Part shown: positions 15,932-32,000 of the stretch, in pieces | Numbering within the stretch: position 1 is the first letter of the stretch | Layout of the letters: the number at the start of each line of letters is the position of its first letter | DNA from: Acidothermus cellulolyticus 11B | GTDB lineage: Bacteria; Actinomycetota; Actinomycetes; Acidothermales; Acidothermaceae | Assembly: GCF_000015025.1 (NCBI RefSeq) | Contig: NC_008578.1 | Location: forward strand, 300,001-332,000 | Length of the DNA: 32,000 nucleotides | Direction of reading: 5' to 3' | Program-made: the position numbers and the translations under genes | The notes under the pieces: generated by a model | Database searches by the model: none | Told to the model about the DNA's origin: nothing | The model's input: only the letters and a program-made list of their open reading frames with translations

Positions 15932-16150
15932 CCCACCACGGCCGAACCCGGCTTTGACCGGCCGGGTGGCACCCCGTAACCTTATGGACGCCGAAGACCG
16001 CTGGTCGGTCGTCATCAGGACGACCCGAAGGTCCGCGTAGGCGGCGGCCCGCGCAGGCGCCGAGGAGTGCGAAGAGCCGGCATGGCTCCCACCGCCCCGT
16101 GCGCTGCGCGCCGGGGCGTTTTCTTTGCGGGCCGGATGGAAGGAGGGCTC
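15932..16150 (+). promoter_or_regulatory. rplJ 5' leader (candidate L10-leader type autoregulatory region)
   Basis: 219-nt non-coding GC-rich spacer upstream of rplJ, ending in a hairpin plus T-tract 25 nt before the start codon. Assignment rests on position and on known L10(L12)4 autoregulation, not on a covariance-model hit. Confidence 0.45.
16093..16126 (+). terminator. intrinsic-terminator-like attenuator hairpin in the rplJ leader
   Basis: CGCCCCG (16093-16099) pairs with CGGGGCG (16112-16118) and is followed by TTTTCTTT (16119-16126). T-tracts are rare in this sequence. Confidence 0.55.
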
Positions 16151-16669
16151 ATGCCGCGGCCAGAGAAGGTGCAGCTCGTCGCCGAACTGACGGACCGCTT
16201 TGCGTCGTCCACGGCGGCCGTGCTCACCGAGTACCGAGGCCTGAGCGTGGCGCAGCTCAACGAATTGCGCCGTGCGCTCAACGGTGACGCCGAGTACACC
16301 GTTGTCAAGAACACGCTGTCGAAGCTCGCCGTGCGCAATGCCGGTCTCACCGAATTGGAACCCCTGTTGCAAGGCCCGTCCGCGGTTGCGTTCGTCCGCG
16401 GCGATCCGGTCAAGGCCGCCAAGAGCCTGCGTGACTTCGCCCGCGCCAACAACGCCTTGGTGATCAAGGGTGGCATTCTGGAGGGCAAGCTTCTGTCGGC
16501 CGCCGAGGTGGCGGCGCTCGCGGACCTGGAGTCCCGCGAGGTGCTCCTCGCCAAGGTGGCCGGTGCCGCGAACGCTGTCCTCGCCCGTGCCGCGGGACTG
16601 TTCCAGGCGCCGCTCGCTCAGGTCGCCCGGCTCGCTGAGGCCCTGCGCGCCAAGCAGGCCGAGTCTTAG
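16151..16669 (+). CDS. rplJ: 50S ribosomal protein L10
   Basis: Starts [40 protein letters not shown].... GGAAGGAGGG lies immediately upstream of ATG 16151. Confidence 0.95.
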   Translation: MPRPEKVQLVAELTDRFASSTAAVLTEYRGLSVAQLNELRRALNGDAEYTVVKNTLSKLAVRNAGLTELEPLLQGPSAVAFVRGDPVKAAKSLRDFARANNALVIKGGILEGKLLSAAEVAALADLESREVLLAKVAGAANAVLARAAGLFQAPLAQVARLAEALRAKQAES

Positions 16670-16726
16670 CTCATCGACGTCACGACATCACGAGAAGCAC
16701 ACCCAGGGAGAAAGGAAGTTCCAGCC

Positions 16727-17119
16727 ATGGCCAAGCTCAGCACCGACGAGCTCATCGAGGCATTCAAGGAGCTCTCGCTGCTCGAACTCTCCGAGTTCGT
16801 CAAGCGTTTCGAGGAGACGTTCGGCGTGACCGCTGCCGCGCCGGTCGCTGTGGCGGCCGCTCCGGCCGCGGGTGCCGGGGCCGCCCCGGCCGAGGAGGTC
16901 GAGGAGCAGGCCGAGTTCGACGTCATCCTCGAGGACGCCGGCGCGCAGAAGATTCAGGTCATCAAGGCCGTCCGCGAGCTCACCAGCCTCGGGCTCAAGG
17001 AGGCGAAGGACCTCGTCGACGGGGCGCCGAAGCCGGTCCTGGAGAAGGTCAACAAGGAGACGGCCGACAAGGCCAAGGCCGCGCTCGAAGGCGCCGGCGC
17101 CAAAGTCACCGTCAAGTAG
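16727..17119 (+). CDS. rplL: 50S ribosomal protein L7/L12
   Basis: [34 protein letters not shown]..., an Ala/Pro hinge, then ...[28 protein letters not shown].... Confidence 0.97.
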
Positions 17120-17414
17120 GCCGACCGGTCGTCGCGCTGCCAGCCGGACGACGCCCGCCACGGCCCTTGACGGCTACGCCTGGCACTTCCCCGGACGGCC
17201 GCCGCCCCGGACGGCCGCTGCCCGGAGTCCGACAGTCGCCGCCCTGCCTCGGAGTGCCCGCGCACGCATCGGCGGGGCTCCGTCAAAGGCCCGGCTGGGC
17301 GTCCCCGGGGAAATTCGGCTGTGAAATAGCCGGTGGCGCTTGACGCGACGCTGAGAGTGTGCGCATTCTCGCAGTAACGGTGAATATTTTCGATCAAGCG
17401 TCTGGACCGGACGC

Positions 17415-17443
17415 TCGACAGCGGTGTGCCTATTGGCTACACT
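17415..17443 (+). promoter_or_regulatory. candidate rpoBC promoter (TCGACA-17 nt-TACACT)
   Basis: -35 hexamer at 17415-17420 and -10 hexamer at 17438-17443, inside the relatively AT-richer part of the 409-nt rplL-rpoB spacer. This would give a leader of about 80 nt. Confidence 0.35.
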
Positions 17444-17528
17444 GCTCTTTTGCGCTGCCTGCCGTTCGTCGCCGTCGGACGGGGGCTGTGTGCGCATGGT
17501 AGATCGCGAGCCCTGGAAGGAACCTCAC

Positions 17529-21005
<3,477 letters not shown>

Positions 21006-21099
21006 TGCCGAGCGGCTCTCCGGCGTCCGTATGACGATCTACAGATCCGCAACTGGGTGACGACACCGCCTAACCGCGCAAAGGAAAGAAGGAATCCAC

Positions 21100-25014
<3,915 letters not shown>

Positions 25015-25056
25015 GCGCGGTCTCGCCGGCCGGCGGCGGTGCCCGGTTGTTCACTC

Positions 25057-25086
25057 CGACGGCTCCGGGAGTCGCCGGAGCCGTCG
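25057..25086 (+). terminator. strong hairpin 43 nt downstream of the rpoC stop (candidate terminator, no U-tract)
   Basis: cGACGGCTCCGG-gagtcg-CCGGAGCCGTCg forms a 12-bp perfect stem. Confidence 0.5.
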
Positions 25087-25274
25087 CCGAGAAGAGGGCC
25101 GGTGCGCTTCGTCATTGGCGCAGGCGTTCCCCCGTGCCGTCGAGCGGTGGGTTGCTCCGTGACGTCGCGGTCCCGGTGGCTGGCGTAGCCGCGAACTACG
25201 GCAGCGACTGACCGCTGCTGCGGCCGGCTACTCGGCGCGCCGGCGGAGTCCCTGCGCTGAAACGGGACCCGGTT

Positions 25275-25303
25275 TTGACCTGCCGGCACGGGCTCGGTAA
25301 CCT
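25275..25303 (+). promoter_or_regulatory. candidate str-operon (rpsL) promoter (TTGACC-17 nt-TAACCT)
   Basis: -35 hexamer at 25275-25280 and -10 hexamer at 25298-25303. This implies a structured 5' UTR of about 195 nt. Confidence 0.4.
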
Positions 25304-25504
25304 AGTCGCTCGTGCCCGGCTTCCCGGGCGCCTTCGCTGTTCTGCGCGCGTTGCTTGGTTTGCGCGGTGCTCGGCGTGTGGCCGCCGGCAGGCGGCCTCC
25401 GGCCGAGCCCGACACGCCCGACCGCGTGGAGCGGCGATAGGGTGCAGGGAGCAGGACATCGGACAGACCGAGCGATCACGTTTGAGGATCCACGAAGGGC
25501 GCGT

Positions 25505-26349
<845 letters not shown>

Positions 26350-26379
26350 GCCGAGAGTCGACGAGGAAGTTCCACCACC

Positions 26380-28482
26380 GTGCCCACTGTGCTCACGACC
26401 GATCTGGCCAAGGTCCGCAACATCGGGATCATGGCCCATATTGACGCGGGCAAGACCACGACCACCGAGCGGATCCTCTACTACACCGGCATCAACTACA
26501 AGATCGGTGAGGTCCACGAAGGCTCCGCGACGATGGACTGGATGGCCCAGGAGCAGGAGCGGGGCATTACGATCACGTCCGCGGCGACGACCTGCCACTG
26601 GAACGGCTACCAGATCAACATCATTGACACGCCGGGCCACGTCGACTTCACCGTGGAAGTGGAGCGCTCGCTCCGCGTCCTTGACGGGGCTGTCGCCGTG
26701 TTTGATGCCGTCGCTGGCGTCGAACCGCAGTCGGAGACGGTCTGGCGGCAGGCCGACCGGTACCGCGTGCCGCGGATTTGCTTCGTCAACAAGATGGACC
26801 GGGTCGGCGCCGAATTCCACCGCACCGTCGACATGATCGTCACTCGGCTCCAGGCGGTTCCGCTCGTCGTCCAACTGCCGTGGGGTGTGGAGTCGGACTT
26901 CCGCGGCGTGATCGATCTCGTCGCGATGCGCGGCCTGTACTGGAGCGGCGAGGGCAAGGGCGAGACGTACGACATCGTCGACATTCCCGCCGACCGGCTC
27001 GACGCCGCCCGGGAGTGGCGGGATCGGCTCATCGAGACGCTGGCTGAGCACGACGACGAGATGATGGAGCTCTTCCTCGAAGGGCATGAGCCGACCGTCG
27101 AGCAGCTCAAGGCCGCCATCCGGCGGGCAACGATCGCCAACAAGGTCACCCCGGTGCTCTGCGGCAGCGCATTCAAGAACAAGGGCGTGCAACCGATGCT
27201 GGACGCCGTCGTCGACTATCTGCCCAGCCCGCTCGACATCGGCGACGTCGTCGGCTACCAGCCCGGCGACGAATCGGTGCTGCTGCATCGCAAGCCGAGT
27301 GACGATGAGCCGTTCACCGCGCTTGCCTTCAAGATCATGAGCGATCGGTACCTCGGCAAGCTCACCTACTTGCGCATCTACTCAGGACGGCTGACCGCCG
27401 GAGCTTCCCTGCTCAACGCGACCAAGGGGAAGCGGGAGCGGATCGGCCGCGTCCTGCGGATGCACGCCAACAAGCAGGAAGACATCGAGTCCGCGGGAGC
27501 CGGCCAGATCGTCGCGGTGGTCGGGCTCAAACTCACCACGACCGGCGACACGCTCTGCGATCCCGACCACCCGATCGTCCTCGAATCGATGACGTTCCCC
27601 ACGCCGGTCATCAACGTGGCGATCGAGCCGAAGACCAAGGCGGACCAAGAAAAACTCTCGACGGCGATCCAGCGCCTCGCCGAGGAGGATCCGACCTTCC
27701 AGGTGCACACCGACGAAGAGACCGGTCAGACGATCATCGCCGGGATGGGTGAGCTTCACCTGGAGATCCTCGTCGACCGGATGAAGCGCGAATTCAATGT
27801 CGAGGCCAACGTCGGCAAGCCGCAAGTCGCGTACCGGGAGACGATCCGCCGCAAGGTCGAGGGTGTCGAGTACACCCACAAGAAGCAGACCGGTGGAGCG
27901 GGTCAGTTCGCCCGGGTGGTCATCGACCTCGAGCCGGGCGGCGGCGCGGACGGCGACACCGGGTACCAGTTCATCAACAAGATCACTGGTGGCCGGATCC
28001 CGCGGGAATTCATCCCGGCGGTCGACGCCGGCTGCCAGGAGGCCATGCAGTTCGGCGTCCTCGCCGGGTACCCGATGGTGAACGTCGTCGTCACGCTGCA
28101 AGACGGCGCGTACCACGAAGTGGACTCATCCGAACTCGCGTTCAAGATTGCCGGGTCCATGGCGTTCAAGGAAGCAGCACGTCGCGCGGACCCCGTGCTG
28201 CTCGAGCCGATCATGTCGGTCGAAGTACGCACCCCAGAGGAGTACATGGGCGACGTGATCGGAGACTTGAACAGCCGGCGCGGCACCATCCAGGCGATGG
28301 ATGACATCGCCGGCACCCGGGTGATCCGAGCCTTGGTGCCACTCTCTGAGATGTTCGGTTACGTGGGCGACCTCCGCGGTCGCACCCAGGGCCGGGCGAG
28401 CTACAGCATGGAGTTCCACTCCTATGCGGAGGTTCCACGGAACATCGCAGAGGAGATCATCAAGAAGGCTCGAGGCGAGTAA
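26380..28482 (+). CDS. fusA: elongation factor G
   Basis: Contains [26 protein letters not shown] and DTPGHVDF; 700 aa. GTG start. Confidence 0.96.
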
Positions 28483-28541
28483 TCGCCCCGGGCGAGCAAC
28501 CATCCGTCGTACGGCGAAGCAACCCACCCCAAGGAGTACCA

Positions 28542-29735
28542 GTGGCGAAGGCGAAGTTCGAGCGGACCAAGCCCCACGTCAACATCGGCACCATTGGTCA
28601 CATCGACCATGGCAAGACCACCCTGACGGCGGCTATCACCAAGGTCTTGCACGACCAGAACCCCGACATCAACCCGTACACGCCGTTCGAGCAGATCGAC
28701 AAGGCGCCGGAAGAGCGGGCTCGGGGCATCACGATCTCGATCGCGCATGTCGAGTACCAGACGGAGAAGCGGCACTACGCACACGTCGACTGCCCGGGGC
28801 ACGCCGACTACATCAAGAACATGATCACCGGTGCGGCGCAGATGGACGGTGCGATCCTCGTCGTCTCGGCGGCTGACGGTCCGATGCCGCAGACCAAGGA
28901 GCACGTGCTTCTCGCCCGGCAGGTCGGCGTCCCCTACATCGTGGTGGCGCTGAACAAGGCTGACGTGGTCGACGACGAGGAGATCTTGCAGCTCGTCGAG
29001 CTTGAAGTGCGTGAACTGCTCAACAGCTACGAATTCCCCGGGGACGACGTGCCGGTCGTCCGGGTCTCCGCGCTGAAGGCGCTCGAGGGAGATCCCAAGT
29101 GGACACAGTCGATCCTCGACCTCCTCAAGGCGTGCGACGACTACATTCCCGAGCCAGTCCGGGAGATCGACAAGCCGTTCCTCATGCCGATCGAGGACGT
29201 CTTCACGATCACAGGCCGCGGTACGGTGGTCACCGGACGTGTCGAGCGTGGTGTCGTCAAGGTCGGTGACGAAGTCGAAATCGTGGGCATCCACCCCAAG
29301 ACCCTGAAGACCACGGTCACCGGCGTCGAGATGTTCCGCAAGCTTCTGGACGAAGGCCGTGCCGGCGACAACATCGGCGTCCTGCTCCGCGGCATCAAGC
29401 GCGAAGAAGTCGAGCGGGGACAGGTGGTCTGCAAGCCAGGCAGCATCACCCCGCACACCGAATTCGAGGCGCAGGTCTACGTGCTGTCCAAGGACGAAGG
29501 CGGCCGGCACACGCCGTTCTTCAACAACTACCGGCCGCAGTTCTACTTCCGCACCACCGACGTCACCGGTGTCGTCCATCTCCCGGAGGGCACCGAGATG
29601 GTCATGCCGGGCGACAACACGGAAATGCGGGTGGAGCTCATCCAACCGATCGCCATGGAGGAGGGGCTGCGGTTCGCCATCCGTGAGGGTGGCCGGACCG
29701 TCGGCGCCGGCCGAGTGACGAAGATTCTCAAGTAG
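28542..29735 (+). CDS. tuf: elongation factor Tu
   Basis: Contains (M)[39 protein letters not shown] and NKAD; 397 aa. AAGGAG lies 5 nt upstream of GTG 28542. Confidence 0.98.
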   Translation: MAKAKFERTKPHVNIGTIGHIDHGKTTLTAAITKVLHDQNPDINPYTPFEQIDKAPEERARGITISIAHVEYQTEKRHYAHVDCPGHADYIKNMITGAAQMDGAILVVSAADGPMPQTKEHVLLARQVGVPYIVVALNKADVVDDEEILQLVELEVRELLNSYEFPGDDVPVVRVSALKALEGDPKWTQSILDLLKACDDYIPEPVREIDKPFLMPIEDVFTITGRGTVVTGRVERGVVKVGDEVEIVGIHPKTLKTTVTGVEMFRKLLDEGRAGDNIGVLLRGIKREEVERGQVVCKPGSITPHTEFEAQVYVLSKDEGGRHTPFFNNYRPQFYFRTTDVTGVVHLPEGTEMVMPGDNTEMRVELIQPIAMEEGLRFAIREGGRTVGAGRVTKILK

Positions 29736-29741
29736 TGCAGC

Positions 29742-29773
29742 GCGGCGGCCGGAGGTCGACCTCCGGCCGCCGC
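29742..29773 (+). terminator. near-perfect 32-nt palindrome/hairpin 7 nt after the tuf stop (candidate terminator)
   Basis: GCGGCGGCCGGAGGTCGACCTCCGGCCGCCGC gives a 14-bp stem around a tcga loop. No U-tract. Confidence 0.55.
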
Positions 29774-29843
29774 AGCGTGCCGAGCCTGCGCAGGGCGGCA
29801 CGAGGCGAGAGAGCGACGAGACGAAGCGAGGGATCGGACGACC

Positions 29844-30152
29844 ATGGCCGGACAGAAGATCCGCATCAGGCTGAAGGCCTATGACCACGAGGTCATCGAC
29901 AGCTCGGCCCGCAAGATTGTCGAGACGGTGACGCGTACCGGGGCGCGGGTCGCCGGTCCGGTGCCGCTCCCGACCGAGAAGAACGTGTACTGCGTGATCC
30001 GCTCCCCGCACAAGGACAAGGACAGCCGCGAGCATTTCGAGATGCGCACCCACAAGCGGCTGATCGACATCATCGACCCCACTCCGCGGACGGTTGACTC
30101 GCTCATGCGGCTGGACCTCCCCGCCGGTGTCGACATCGAGATCAAGCTGTAA
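29844..30152 (+). CDS. rpsJ: 30S ribosomal protein S10
   Basis: Starts [29 protein letters not shown]... and contains [23 protein letters not shown]. Confidence 0.97.
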   Translation: MAGQKIRIRLKAYDHEVIDSSARKIVETVTRTGARVAGPVPLPTEKNVYCVIRSPHKDKDSREHFEMRTHKRLIDIIDPTPRTVDSLMRLDLPAGVDIEIKL

Positions 30153-30162
30153 GGGACAGACG

Positions 30163-30831
30163 ATGCCGAAACAGGTGAAAGGGCTGCTGGGCGAGAAGCT
30201 CGGCATGACCCAGGTCTTCGACGAATCGGGCCGGGTCATCCCGGTGACCGTCGTCCGTGCCGGGCCGTGCGTCGTCACTCAGGTCCGCACCCCCGACCGG
30301 GACGGGTACTCGGCGGTTCAGCTCGGCTACGGCGCTGTGGATCCCCGGCGGGTCAACAAGCCGTTGGCTGGGCACTTCCGGGCGGCTGGCGTGACACCCC
30401 GGCGTTACCTCGCGGAGGTTCGCACCGGTGACGCCGCGGAGTACACGGTGGGCCAGGAAGTGACCGTCGAGATCTTCACTCCCGGCCAACGGGTTGATGT
30501 CGCCGGCGTCAGTAAGGGCAAAGGCTTCGCGGGCCTGATGAAGCGGCACAACTTCCGCGGCCTGCCGGACTCGCACGGAACCGAGCGCAAGCACCGTTCG
30601 CCCGGCTCGATCGGCGCGTGCGCCACTCCCGGCCGCGTCTTCAAGGGGCTCCGCATGGCCGGCCGGATGGGCGGGCGACGGGTGACCGTGCAGAACCTCG
30701 CCGTCCAAGCGGTCAAACCTGAGGAGAACCTGCTCTTGCTGCAGGGAGCGGTGCCGGGACCGAACGGCGGGCTGGTGTACGTCCGTACCGCCGCCAAGGG
30801 CAAGGCGAATCGGGACGGAGGTGCCGCATGA
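30163..30831 (+). CDS. rplC: 50S ribosomal protein L3
   Basis: Starts [30 protein letters not shown]... and contains [19 protein letters not shown] lies 6 nt upstream of ATG 30163. Confidence 0.96.
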   Translation: MPKQVKGLLGEKLGMTQVFDESGRVIPVTVVRAGPCVVTQVRTPDRDGYSAVQLGYGAVDPRRVNKPLAGHFRAAGVTPRRYLAEVRTGDAAEYTVGQEVTVEIFTPGQRVDVAGVSKGKGFAGLMKRHNFRGLPDSHGTERKHRSPGSIGACATPGRVFKGLRMAGRMGGRRVTVQNLAVQAVKPEENLLLLQGAVPGPNGGLVYVRTAAKGKANRDGGAA

Positions 30832-31490
30832 CCACCGTGACCGTCGCCGGCACCGACCGGACCGTCGAACTACCGGCGGACGTGTTCGACGTCCAGGTCA
30901 ACGTGCCGCTCATTCATCAAGTCGTCGTTGCGCAGCTCGCCGCCGCCCGCCAGGGCACCCACAAGACGCGGACCCGCGGCGAGGTCTCCGGCGGCGGGAA
31001 GAAGCCGTACCGGCAGAAGGGCACGGGCCGGGCCCGCCAAGGCTCCATCCGCGCGCCGCAGTTCACCGGCGGTGGTGTGGTGCACGGCCCCATGCCACGC
31101 CACTACGACCAGCGCACCCCGAAGAAGATGAAGGCGGCCGCCCTGCGCGGCGCCCTCACCGACCGGGCGCGCGCTGGACGAATTCACGTACTGCCGCGCA
31201 TCGTCGACGGGGAGGCGCCGTCCACTAAGCAAGCGCTCGAGGCGCTCCGGACGGCGCTGGGCACCGAGCGGCGTCGGGTCCTCGTCGTCCTGGATCGCGG
31301 AGACGAGACCGGCTGGAAGAGCCTGCGCAACATCCCGGACGTGCACCTGCTGGTGGCGGATCAGCTGAACGCGTACGACGTCCTGTCCAGTGACGACGTC
31401 GTCTTCACCGAGCAGGCACTGAGCGAGTTCCTCGGACGTGGGGGCGACCGGACGGCGGAAGGAGACGGCGATGAGCAGCGATCCGCGTGA
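30828..31490 (+). CDS. rplD: 50S ribosomal protein L4
   Basis: Contains ...[55 protein letters not shown].... The ATG overlaps the rplC stop as ATGA. Confidence 0.96.
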   Translation: MTTVTVAGTDRTVELPADVFDVQVNVPLIHQVVVAQLAAARQGTHKTRTRGEVSGGGKKPYRQKGTGRARQGSIRAPQFTGGGVVHGPMPRHYDQRTPKKMKAAALRGALTDRARAGRIHVLPRIVDGEAPSTKQALEALRTALGTERRRVLVVLDRGDETGWKSLRNIPDVHLLVADQLNAYDVLSSDDVVFTEQALSEFLGRGGDRTAEGDGDEQRSA

Positions 31491-31767
31491 CGTCCTGCTT
31501 GCTCCGGTGATTTCGGAGAAGAGTTACGGACTCCTCGACCAGAACAAGTACACGTTCCTGGTCCCACCGGAGTCGAACAAGACCCAGATAAAGATCGCGG
31601 TTGAGAAGGTGTTCAACGTTCGCGTGCTCGACGTCAACACCATCAACCGGCAGGGGAAGCGCAAGCGGACCCGCCGCGGCTGGGGCCAACGGAAGAACAC
31701 CAAGCGGGCGATCGTCACGGTCGCACCGGGTGACCGGATCGACATCTTCGGTCCGCCGGTGAGCTGA
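31471..31767 (+). CDS. rplW: 50S ribosomal protein L23
   Basis: Starts [31 protein letters not shown].... GGAAGGAG lies 6 nt upstream of ATG 31471. It overlaps the rplD 3' end by 20 nt. Confidence 0.95.
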   Translation: MSSDPRDVLLAPVISEKSYGLLDQNKYTFLVPPESNKTQIKIAVEKVFNVRVLDVNTINRQGKRKRTRRGWGQRKNTKRAIVTVAPGDRIDIFGPPVS

Positions 31768-31800
31768 CCCCGACCGAACGGACGAGCGAGGAAGCAGACC

Positions 31801-32000
31801 ATGGGCATTCGCAAGTACAAGCCGACGACCCCGGGACGGCGGGGCGCGAGCGTCGCCGACTTCGTGGAGATCACCCGAGAGCACCCGGAGAAGTCGCTGG
31901 TCCGGCCGCTGCACTCCAAGGGCGGCCGGAACGTCTACGGTCGGATCACCACGCGGCACCAGGGCGGCGGCCACAAGCGGGCCTACCGCCTGATCGATTT
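31801..32000 (+). CDS. rplB: 50S ribosomal protein L2, N-terminal part (3' end outside window)
   Basis: Hand translation from ATG 31801 gives [73 protein letters not shown] lies upstream. It is absent from the ORF track because no stop falls in the window. Confidence 0.95.
   Translation, partial: MGIRKYKPTTPGRRGASVADFVEITREHPEKSLVRPLHSKGGRNVYGRITTRHQGGGHKRAYRLID

Overview
High-GC actinobacterial chromosome segment, almost entirely core housekeeping genes. Gene order resembles a compacted version of the Streptomyces/Frankia-type region running from the end of the nuo operon to the start of the S10 operon. On the + strand: the nuoN 3' end, a polyprenyl diphosphate synthase, tRNA-Tyr, tRNA-Thr, tRNA-Met, rpmG, two MaoC-type (HadA/HadB-like) dehydratases, a TetR regulator, murB, tRNA-Trp, secE, nusG, rplK, rplA, rplJ, rplL, rpoB, rpoC, rpsL, rpsG, fusA, tuf, rpsJ, rplC, rplD, rplW and the rplB 5' end. 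On the - strand: a co-directional cluster of yajQ-like, DMT-like membrane protein, korA, korB and an unrecognised membrane-anchored protein, plus a class-I aspartate aminotransferase. I see no transposase, integrase, CRISPR array, toxin-antitoxin pair or recognisable defence or biosynthetic cluster, and no convincing new multi-gene system. The items most worth a second look are listed here. (1) The RpoB rifampicin-resistance cluster carries Asn at the E. coli S531 position, plus two further substitutions. (2) The unrecognised membrane protein is translationally coupled to korB, has atypical codon usage and contains a perfect 24-bp in-frame duplication. (3) The tRNA-Tyr/tRNA-Thr spacer is about 720 bp with an AT-enriched core, direct repeats, a terminator-like hairpin and a 70-codon ORF. 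(4) Tandem repeat arrays lie in three intergenic regions: 53/66 bp before tRNA-Thr, 50 bp x3 before tRNA-Trp, and 16 bp x3.5 starting at the rplK stop codon. Many long ORFs in the track are antisense or N-terminally over-extended artefacts of high GC content. Starts were re-picked by hand from SD spacing, homologue N-termini and clashes with tRNA genes.
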